Translations under genes and position numbers: made by a program | The notes under the pieces: generated by a model | The model's input: only the letters and a program-made list of their open reading frames with translations | The model's database searches: none | What the model was told of the DNA's origin: nothing | Source: Geosiphon pyriformis uo1 | Taxonomy: Eukaryota; Fungi; Glomeromycota | DNA length: 64,000 nt | Direction of reading: 5' to 3' | NCBI GenBank assembly: GCA_016748015.1 | Contig: JAAOMT010000299.1 | Span: 1,106,764 to 1,170,763, forward strand | In this document: positions 53,567 to 64,000 of the stretch, piece after piece | Numbering within the stretch: position 1 is the first letter of the stretch | Layout of the letters: each line of letters starts with the position of its first letter

Positions 53567-55504
53567 ATGGAACTGGTGGGCTCGTCTGCTGATAGTTCTG
53601 GTTTGGGTTCGGCTGGTTTGGACCTGCCAGAGTGCTAAAAACAAGCGTGTTAATACAGTCTATTCCTATGGTGTATTTTACAAGAAGTCTAAGAAGCCTG
53701 CAGTTGGCATTTTGGTTGAGTTGTCCACTGATCCTCTATGTTTGGAAGATTTGGGTGGTGACAATGGTAAGCTGGTCGCATCCTGGGGAAGCAGAGTAGA
53801 TAGCATTTCTGGCAGTATAAGTGGTCTTTCGGATGTCAAGAATTTGGAGAACATGGTTGCTGAGAAGACAAGCTACATTGATTCAGATGAGGACAATGAA
53901 ATGAACAAAATTATGCTGCGAAGAACTTGCACTTGGACGTATATGTTGGAACAACCTCTTAAGGCACTTCTATTTGCTACTATGAATGACAATGACGACA
54001 ATTCTGTGTTGCCGCCTCCTAAAATCAGTAAGTCTAATCAGCTGCCTTCTTCTAAATCATATGTTCTAAAGAGTCATAGTTTCAGGCCAATGAAATTGTT
54101 TGCTCTAGATGTAAATTTGTCAGCTGTTCCTGGCAAAACTAATAGTGATAAGCTCATTTTAATCAAAAAAATTTTTTACAAAATTGATGGTTTTGGGGGA
54201 GCTTCAACTCCCTTAAAATTTCTTGGTATTATTTATTCAACTTTCACAAATGAGTCTAGTTTGATTAAGGCAGGGAAATGGCAGTTCATGAGAAAATTGT
54301 TGTCAATGGTGATTTTAAAAAAGCAAACATTCATTCGAATCGGGAAGTGATCATTAAGAAGATCCCAGTTGATCTTTCAAAGTTGGCTGTAAAATCTGTT
54401 TTTTCTAAATTTGGCAAGATTGTTTTCATTAGAATGCAATTGATTGGTCTTTGGCAAAAGGCCCTGATTGAATTTGAGTCATCAGAAATTGCCAGTTTGG
54501 TTGCTTCTAAGTGGTCTGTTCTTGTGGGAAAAAATTTGGTTTGTGTAGTACTGGCTGTCAATAATAAACAAATATGGATGTCAAGAGATTGTCATCAGGC
54601 TTTGCTCTATACTCTTCCAGTTAGTACTTCAGCCCATGATCTGTCAGAATTGTTGGTATCATATGGTGGGAGAACTTGTTTCATTGGCTGCAATCCTGGT
54701 TCATATGTCCGCGATTGGTGTACAATCATTTGTTTTGAGAATGAGAATGCCAAATTGGCTGCTGTTAGTACCGTTCTAATTTTCAAGGGTGTTAGTTTGC
54801 ATTGAACTAGTCTTGTTTTGGCTAGCTGTACCAAGTGTGAACAGTTTGGTCATATTACTACCAGCTGTCCTGTGGGTGGAAGTTCTGGTGTTTATGGGAA
54901 GAGGATAGTTTCTGATCAGGATCAGGTTTGTTTAGCTAGTATATATAAGAAAAAGTCGGCTCTTATTGCTCGTCCAGTTTTGTTTGGTGGCAAAACATGG
55001 ACCCAAGTTGCTAGTGGCATCTCTTTTCATATGTCTCCTTCTGGTTCTCTTGGGTCTGGTTTGTGTGCTGGTTTGGTTCTCCCTTCAGCAGTCTCTGATT
55101 ATCTTGTTGTTTTCCATTTGAATGATTATTTGGCGGTTTTGGAACACTCTTTGGAGCTTCTGGCTGACCATGTTTCTGGCATCCTGGTCAAGTTGGATTC
55201 CTTTGGTGTGATTCCTTTGGTTCTTTCTTCCCTGGCCACCTCTTTTGTTATTTCTGCAGCTTTGAGTTTTGAAGTGAATTCAGATATAATTGTGGACAAT
55301 GCTTTGAGTTCTTTTGATATTACTTCTCCTGTCACTATTGATGCTGTTGTCGACCTCAGCACTAGTAGTTCCAAGGTTCTTACTGCCAAAGTGGGTGGTT
55401 TGGAGACGAAATTGGTCACTTTGGAGGCTTTGGTTGGTTCAGTTTTAGATAAGTTGAATCTTCTGTGGTCTGGTTCAGGTCTGTTAGCTCTTATGTCATC
55501 TTAA
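53567..55504 (+). pseudogene. LINE ORF1 (RRM-like domains, single CCHC zinc knuckle, coiled coil), frameshifted
   Basis: ATG 53567 starts MELVGSS. RRM-like VIIKKIPVDLSKLAVKSVFSKFGKIV...KALIEFES; knuckle CTKCEQFGHITTSC. Split over ORFs 53712, 54278 and 54818. Confidence 0.85.
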
Positions 55505-58500
55505 TGACTCACTTTATTTGGAAGATTGCCACATGCAATGTCAGAGGTATGAACATTTGTGTGAAGCAGACAGACATTGTTTATTGGCATAAAGGCATGA
55601 ACAATATGGTTTCTATTGTCACTGAAACAAAGTTGAAGGGAAAGATTTGCCCTTGGATCACTAATAAATTTGATGGTGTTCGTGTTTTTACTTCTGGACT
55701 GGATTCTGGTCACATGGAATTTGGTGTTGCAATCATTTTGAACTCTTTTTTGATAAGACATGTGTGTAAAGTTTCAGAGGTGTCTGGTCGGCTTCTGTTG
55801 GTTAGATTGCTTTTTAAGAAGAAACTCTCTGTGTTTATTCTGGGGCTGTATGCTGGTGCGTCTTCAGCAGTTCGTTTTTCTCAGGCTGGCAAGGTTAACT
55901 CTCTTATTGCTAAGGCTGTGAATGAGTCCTTTTTTGTTGTTTTTGGTGGTGATTTTAATGAGAATGGTTCTCACAAGTGTGCAAGTTTCAAAAAATGTTT
56001 TAAGTTGGGTTTGATTAACTCTCTGGAAGGAAGCTCTTTCGTAAAGTCACCCACTTGGTGCAATTCTTGTGGCATCACTAAAATGATTAACTATGTGCTT
56101 ATTTCTTCTAATTTGGTTGGTGCGGTGGTGGATTGTGGTGTGGATGGTGTTGAAAACTATTTTAATACTAATTACAAGGCTGTGTTTGTGTCAATGGGAC
56201 TAGGAGGCCTGCTTAATGTCAAGTTGAAATTACTGCACAAACAAGCAAATAAAGATTATTGGAAGTATGATATCAAAAATACCAATGAGATTAAGTGGTC
56301 TGAGTTCAGGGATGCTATGGCTGCTAATGCTGTTATGTTCTCGGATAAGTTTGTTGCAGCTAAGCAGTTTTCTAATTTGGATGCGATGTAGAACATTGTT
56401 TGTAAGATTATAGTTCTTTCAGCTAGTGGAACGTTCAAGAAAAAGTGGTTTAAGAGTTTTGATTGTGTTTTTAATAAGATGTCTTCCCAGTTTCATAAAC
56501 TGGAGCTACTAGTGTCTAAACTGGTGAAGGCTTCTTAGTTGGTTTCTGGTGGAGATTTTGCTTTGTTGTTGGATACTTGGAACAGGCTTGATTCTGTGGG
56601 CACTTTGCTGATGAGATCTCTGTTTCTTTTTGGCTCTAGTTTTAATGTGATCCATTCAGGGCTGGCTAAGATGAACAAGTCTTACCGCTCTTTTAAGTTG
56701 TTGGAATCTAAGCATGCTGAAAAATTTCATATGAGACAAGCTATTGAGAGGAGGATAGAAAGTTTTAAGATGGATAAAAGTCATATCATTAGGAGTGTTT
56801 TGGAGCATTCTTTTCATAAAGTGGTGTTGAATCATTTGGTGGATGATAGGGAGTTGGTCTTGGAGCCTGAGTTGGTTAAATCTAAGATGGATGGAATCAT
56901 GGAGGGTTGGACCAGGAAGCATGTAGTGGCTTCTGATATCTCTAATAATTGGGCGAGGCAATTTCAGTCTTTGAATTATGTCTTCGATAGTGCCTTCTCT
57001 AATGTGATGTATTCAATTGGTTTTAATGAAATATTTGATGTTATTTCAAATTTGCCTGATGGGAAAGCAGCTGGTCTTTCTAGTATTACTAATAAACTTT
57101 AGAAACACTGTGACAAGTCAGTCTTGGATATGCTTTTGGTGCTTTTAAATTTTTGTTTGGGTTGTGAATCAGTGCCTAGACCTTGGAGAGAAGCCTAGGT
57201 CTTGATGATTCCTAAACCTTAAGAGTGAGAAGGGGTTCTTACTAATACCTGCCCTATTGCTTTGATTGAGACAGCTTGCAAAATTCTTTCTAAGATTCTT
57301 TCAGATCGGATCTTTCTGGCTTGTAGCACTTTTAATGTCCTCCATGGGGACAATTTCTCTGTCCTGAAAGGTATGTCTACTTAATCACCTATTTTCGCTA
57401 TTGGTTCAGTGATCAAAGATGCTTTGGAAAAAAACTGAGAGTTGTGACTGGTTTTATAAGATATATACAAAGCTTATAATTCTGTTGGTTGGGAGCATCT
57501 TGAGAAGAGTTTGGTTAGGATCAAAATGTGTGACAAATTTATCAGATTTTTTGGTAGTATTCATAATGGTTGCACTGACAGATTTTGGTTTGACTGATGA
57601 ATATCATGTTCACAATGGATTGGATCAGGGGGAGGTTTTTTTGCCACTTTTCTGACACATATTTTATGACTCATTTTTGTGTAAAATTAAGAGACAGGAG
57701 AGCATTTGTGGTTACAGGTTGATTTCTCATTTTGTTTCTAAAACTAGCCAGATGGAATCTCAAGCTGAACTGACATCATTTCTGGCCACCGGTGCTTTTG
57801 TTGATGATACTATCTGGGTCAGTAGCAGCCAGACTGCTACACAACATATTCTCAATGTTGTTAGTGATTTCTTTCATTTAAATGACATTTCGATAAATAA
57901 TGACAAGACTGTGGTTATTTTTTTCAACTGTCAGGTTGCTGCTTCTTATCTAACTATCAGTGGTATGCCAATTTCCATTACTAAAAGAGGTGAATCTCAT
58001 CATTATCTAGGGATTTTTTTTATCTTCTGAAGGTCTTTTGAAGCCCAACTTGGTTAAGGTGCATTCAGATGTTCGGTTTTTTGTCAATTGCATTCTAAAA
58101 AAAGTTATTTCAGATAAACAGTTTGCTTATTTGGTGTCTTCAGTTCTCTTTTCTATCATCAGCTACAGAACTCAGTTCAGTTTTATTCCTTTCAGTGTGT
58201 GTAATAAGTGGAACGCTTTGATTCGCAAGGGCCTGAAGTCCAAATCTGGGCTGCCTCTGGACTTTTCCAATGATACGCTTTATCATCCTTCCTTGTACAA
58301 TTTAAAAACTTTTGAGCAGATTCAGGCTAAGAGCAAGTCAGCTTCTGTTATTGCTTTTGCAAATTCGGTTAGTATTTCAGGTCACTTGTTTTCTCATAGG
58401 TCTCACAATCTCCAGGTTCTTAGCTGGTGTCCTCATCACTCTTTGTTGTTTCCTGTTCGTGTTAGAATTAGCCCTTCAAACAACTTTTTGGCAGGTGTAG

Positions 58501-60180
58501 TTCATATTTTTTCTGGGTGTAATTTGTCTTTGGGTGGCTTTCTGGCCAGTGTTTTTCATCTTCAGAGCAGTATTTCTATGTCTCTAGTTCTTGGCAAGAC
58601 AATTTTCTTCAAATGTGTCTCTTCCCTTAAGCATTATGATATTGCTTTTGTAGAACAGCTTTGTAACTGGAATGGCATTGTTTTTGATTGGAAGACTTTC
58701 AAGCATTGGAAAAGACTAGACTCCCATGGCCCAGTCTCCTTCTGGTTTGATCTCTGTTTGTTTTCTTGGTGGTGTAGCTTCTCCTTCTAGTCGTTCTCTT
58801 TATGAGGGTGTTTGTGGCTCTTCTGACATCTATCAGTCTCTTGGTTTTGGTGTTGTTTGTAATAATCTGTTGAATGTTGGTGCCGCCCACCTCTCTGTGT
58901 ACACAGATAGATCTTTGAGTAACTTGGGCAGTGTTGACATGTTGGCTGGTCCTATGGTTTTCTTTAAAAACATTGATTCAGGTCTGGATGTGGGGGTTTC
59001 TGGTTTGGTTTTTTCTACTTTGGCAGAGTTGCAGGCCATTGCTTTAGCTCTTGAGTGTGTTTCTTCTTTTCATTTGGTTGACTTGTTTTCGGACAGCCAG
59101 GTGGCTATAGATGCTTACAGGTTGGAGTTTTTATCAGCTGGCCCTGATTTCAGGAATTGTTGTTGGATTGAGTGTTGTTACATTGCCAATGTCATTTGTT
59201 ACAAAAATTTGGATGTTAATTGGATTAAGGTTAAGAGCCATTCGGGTGTCTCAGGCAATAAGCGTGCTAATGCACTGGCTAAAAATGCTGCTCTTTCTGC
59301 CTGGTACCTGCCCCACTTGGTCAGTGAGAGGTTTTTGAAGGCTGGTGTTGATATAGTTTCTGGTAATTTGAGGCATTTTGTTTGTGACGTATTCAAGTCA
59401 ATCCATTGCATGCATTGAAAGGTTGGTTCTGGTTCCCAGATTGTTCCAGGTTGTTTGCGTGCTGATATTGACTGGTTAAGGTCTTTTCTTATGTGGCACC
59501 TGGATTCTTACATGGCGACTGGTTTTACTAGTATTTGGACAGCTGGCTTTTGTACATATTTCATGAAAGCCTTTCATCATCACCTTCCTGTAGCTGTGCG
59601 AAAGCATCTGTATAATAGGGGTTATCCCAGTGTAGTTTGTTTGTTCTGTAGTAAGGTTGAAGTCTCAGACCATGTCTTTTCTTACTTTTCTGATGCTGAT
59701 AATTGTGCCAGTTTGTTGGACACTTATGCAACTACCTGGGAAGTACATTCTGGTCTGTTTTGCTCTTTTTTATGCGTATTATAGTTGTTGTCAACTTGCA
59801 TTTCAGATGTAACTGTCAGTACAGTCTTGTGTAAGGACTTTGTTTTTAGCAATTGGTATCACAAATTCGTGTCTGTTTACAAGGATCCTAAGGTGGCTGT
59901 GGTTAATGTTGTGAATTTTGTATGTGAGTTTTGTTTTGCATTTCGTGATAATATTTGGCTGGTTCATGTAAAACACCAGGCCATTATGGAGAAGAATAAG
60001 TTGATTCTACATAATGGTTTCATTCTTGTCACTGTTTCTGGTTTTTCTACATGGCTTTCGGCTGGAATAATTAGGTTGTTAGATGTTGCAGATGTACTTG
60101 ACATTAGTTTTGGGTATCATAAGTGTTGTTTGTTTTATGCAGGTGTTAGTAACATGGCTTCTGTTCATATAAGTGCATAG
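55504..60180 (+). pseudogene. LINE ORF2: APE endonuclease, reverse transcriptase, RNase H and C-terminal Zn knuckle; multiple stops and frameshifts
   Basis: APE motifs TCNVRG, ETK and GDFN. RT motifs PIALIE, GLDQGE and AFVDD. RNase H motifs VYTD, AELQAI, FSDSQ and KVKSHSGVSGNKRANALAK. Knuckle CLFC...HVFS. Confidence 0.95.
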
Positions 60181-61025
60181 TGTTGTTCTGACTAGTCTGA
60201 GTGTTTGGTCACGTGTAGCAAATGCATGATTCATGCCTAGTTTAAATCATTTGTATAATGTATAGCACTAAGTGACATTTGGACTTCACTTGTTAAATTT
60301 TAATAAAAAAAAAATACTATTAAATAAAATTAACAACAAATTATAAACTAATAAATAAACAAAACTATTTTTATTAACCAAATTACATTTATATAAATCA
60401 ATTTTTATTTAAATTTATATATTTATATTTTATTATGATAATTAATAAACAAGTTATATATAAAATTAATTAGTTTTAATATTACAAATTTGGCATTATT
60501 AAAAACAATGTATGTTTTTTTATATTAATTTTTAAAACAAATTTTTTGCTTAATATTATATATAAACTATTATTAAAAACTTTAAATAATAATATTTAAA
60601 AAATTTAAAAAATATAATATGATAACTAATTAAAAAAATTCATATATTTATTTAAATATCAAACAATTTTAATTAAATATTTGTATTATTAATATACATA
60701 AACACATAATCTGAAAATTTAATTTTATTACAGTAAATATACAACATTAAAATAAAATTTAAAAATTGCTAAATTGATTTTATAATATATAATATTATTT
60801 TATATTATAATTTTATATTTAATTATATATAAAAACATATTAATAAATATTATAATTGTTTATAATAAAGTATTTTTTAATATAAAACACTATAAATTAC
60901 TTAAAACATAATAAAAAAAAGTTATTTTTTATTTTAATTAAACTAATATTTATTAAAATTACTAATAAATAAATATTAAAATTCTATATATATTAATATT
61001 ACATATTATAAATATATTAATTAAA

Positions 61026-63300
61026 CTCTTTGTTTCCTTATTTTTATAATCATAATTAAAGCAAAGAGTAAAAAAGCTATATCTGTTATCTTTTTTAAGA
61101 TACTTAATAAAATTTCAACCAAAAAAGCTCTTTTTATTATAGAAGCAACTAGACAAAATATTTTAGAAGTTTTTTTTTTACTCAGTAACTGTGAAAAGCT
61201 GTCTTTGATAACTACTAAAACATTTTTCTCATTTTTGGCTGGTTTTTTTCCAGTTAAAATTCTTTTAAAGAGACATATTTGGGTTAGTTTTAGTGTTGTC
61301 TTTACTTTTTCAAAAAGTCCAAAAATTTTTAATAACAAACCAGTCAACAAACTGGTCTTTTCTTCTATAGCTTTAATACTTGGTACTATTAGCATCATCT
61401 TTTCAAAAAAAATAGTCAAAAACACCAAAAGTTCAGAAAAATAAAAGCAGTTACTTGTCTCTGTTATTGTTATATTAAACCCCTTTGTGGTTTTCAATGA
61501 AATTTTAGGTAAAATTTTTATAGTATTATCTGGCATATTATTTAAGATAGGCCAAAATTAATCACTAGCTGTGTTGCCAAATATGATGTTTTCTGGCAGA
61601 TCATTGCCAGTTTTAGAAACAAAACAATTAATTTCCATAATATTACTTGTTTTTGAGAATTAGATTGACTAAATAGATATTAAATCATCTTTTTTTCTGG
61701 TTTTTGGTGTTGCTACTAGTAATGCTTAAGAAACTATTGCTAATTATCAAAAATTTGCTAGATGAATGGCCTCCTTTTTGGTGCTTGGTGCTATTTTTAA
61801 GATTAAATTGGCTTATTTTAAGACTGTTTTTCAATCTGTATATGGTTTCTTGGATGCAAAATCTGTTACTAAGGACAATATAAAGCTTTTTTGTATGAAG
61901 TTTGCTTTTCAAAGTTCTTTAAATACTGCATTTTTAATTGAGCTTACAAGTTCTGTTCATCTTATCATTCTCAAAATTGCCAAGTCTTTGGTAATTTCTG
62001 AGTTTGATTTCTTTTTTGTTGCTATTATGCTACATAATGTGTTTTTGAATATGTTCATTGCTAATATTAAGACAGCTCTTTATGTGTTTGGTAATATCAC
62101 TTGTGTTATACTGAAGCCTATTGGTATTTGGCAATATGTGGTTGTTTATTTTAAAAAGTTGAATTCTGCTGTGTCTGCTTTAAATTATTGGTTAATTTTA
62201 GTGGGCAAAGATAGTATTAAGATTTTTTTCTTGGTGAATTAGAATAAAACTATTCTGTTTTATAATAGGTTTAAGGCCAAGTTAATAAATCTTTTCTCTG
62301 GCTGTATAGCTTTTGAAATTAGTAATATAATTTCTCAAGTTGGTGATCAGACATGTTTTATTTTTCATTTTCCTAAGTCTGGTCATTGTTTCTGGTTTGC
62401 TCTGGTTACATTTGGTTCTCTGGTTGATTTAAATACTGCAATATTAAAGATTAGTATGCTAAAAAAATGCTATATCTGGTAAGAAACTTCTGGTAATTGG
62501 CACTGTTTTTGATCTCAAGGTTCAGATTATCTGGCTTTGAATTATAAAATGTTTCCACCTCTTTCTTTTAAGACTTCCAAGATATTTACCTCTTATAGTA
62601 TTAGTAACAAGTTTTATGTCAAAGTTATTGCTTTTGTGCTTCTTTCAATTTCTAGTACTTTAAAAAATTTAGCTGTTTCTACTAAAATTACATCTGACAA
62701 TTCTATGGTCTTTTTTCAATTAATATTATTGGAATTTAATTTGGCCAAACTTACTACTTTGGTCAATTCTATTATTAAACCAATTGGTTCTATAATTAAA
62801 GTATTTAAACAGTTTATTAATAGAGATTTGGCTTTAAGTGGTGATATTGGTCTTAAGTTTAAAGAAATTTTGGTACATATAGATACTTTTAGCAAGATTA
62901 TAGATAAATTGAAGCAGGATATAATTGCCCTAAAAGATAAGTGTAGTTTTAATAACATTGATATAACTGGTTCTCATATGAGTCTGTCTGATTTTAATGA
63001 TAATATGTTTTCTAACTTAATATTACTCTAAGAGTATAAATTGGCTGATGTTAAATCAGATGTTTTTAAAACAGCTAATTGGTTAGTAGATTTGGTTTTT
63101 AATAGTGCTTTATTGTTTAAGATTGTTTAAAAGATATCATTTTTGAGTAAGTTTTCTTTTGGTATATCAAATATAATATAGTCTAAACTGGTTCAAGTAG
63201 CTGGTTATATATAGAAAGCACATAAATCATATTTAGTCCTAGATTATTTGGTTTGATAATAATAAAAAAATGTCAATTTAGCAATTTTTTAAAATTTATT
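61026..63300 (+). mobile_element. ORF1-only (HAL1-like) non-autonomous retroelement, decayed
   Basis: One ~2.1-kb ORF1-like frame (61052-63176, start ATG eroded to ATA) with RRM-like GIWQYVVVYF...WLILVGKDSIKI homologous to LINE ORF1. It is followed directly by the LINE-type 3' UTR, with no ORF2. Confidence 0.75.
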
Positions 63301-64000
63301 GTATAATTTTTTTTATAAATTGTTTTTATTATGTATATATATAATTTAAATATATATTTATTTATAAAATTATTATTATATACAAATTAAAATATCATAT
63401 TATTGAAATTTGTAATTAATTAATTTTTTTTAATATAATATTATTGATAATAATAGTTTTAAATTTAATTTTTTATCAAATATAACAAATAAAATTATAA
63501 GTATTACAAACAAAATACTTAGTATTTTTAAAAACAGCCATATTATTAATCTTAATATATTATTTTAAAACTAAAACAAAAACTAAAAAACATAATTATA
63601 CTAGTAAATTTGTTAAAATATATATTAATAAAAACACTAAAATGGCTCTTAATTTTTGATTAAATAATTAAATAGTTATTTTTTAAGTCAATATTAATAT
63701 TAAAAATCAAAAATATTAATAAATACATAATTATTTTATTAAATAATAAAATATATTTTAAAACCAAAATAATTACTTAAAATTAAGCCATTATAAAAAA
63801 ATTACTTTATAAAAACTATTATATATAACAATAAATTTATTTAACTTATATATATTATTTAAAAAAATATAAAACAATTTAAAATTAATATTTTTATAAA
63901 AATATTTATTATTAATAAAATTAATTGTTAAACTAAATATTAAAATATTAAATTCTTTAAATTTAATTTTTTTTAATGACAAAAAATTTTTTAATTAAAA

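Larger units (their letters stand above)
53436..60313 (+). mobile_element. Full-length (~6.9 kb) non-LTR retrotransposon (APE-type LINE with RNase H), inactivated
   Basis: Pyrimidine-rich 5' UTR, ORF1, ORF2, short 3' UTR and poly-A. Candidate 11-bp TSD ATACTATTAAA at 53425-53435 and 60314-60324. Confidence 0.95.

Noticed and set aside
54331-59411. Numerous short minus-strand and alternate-frame ORFs
   Set aside because: Shadows of LINE ORF1 and ORF2.
61021-61536. Apparent conserved gene pair 61021..61536 (-) and 37018..37560 (+)
   Set aside because: Both are antisense readings of the same HAL1-like element's 5' region. The similarity reflects the repeat, not a host gene.

Overview
Eukaryotic, very AT-rich nuclear DNA with GT-AG introns, microsatellites and one 61-N assembly gap. 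The repeat and gene families look like a Glomeromycota (arbuscular-mycorrhizal-type) fungus, most reminiscent of Geosiphon pyriformis; this is an inference from family resemblance, not a database result. The window has two compartments. About 1-27.5 kb is gene-bearing and keeps its CpGs. It holds a coiled-coil gene, a 3-exon F-box gene, a degraded coiled-coil gene, a 4-exon minimal two-repeat Myb gene missed by the ORF track, and a 2-exon gene with a C-terminal lambda-repressor-like HTH. It also holds a Tc1 remnant abutting about 2 kb of decayed DNA that looks derived from Mollicutes-related endobacteria (MRE). About 27.5-64 kb is a transposon graveyard with pervasive C>T/G>A decay. It holds a full-length but inactivated APE-RT-RNaseH LINE (TAATG stop-start, 11-bp TSD), a truncated LINE copy, three copies of an ORF1-only (HAL1-like) retroelement sharing the LINE 3' tail, a solo LTR, Tc1 and pogo DNA transposons (one Tc1 has three ends), and a truncated serine-less class-3 lipase pseudogene. 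No rRNA, tRNA or CRISPR was recognised.
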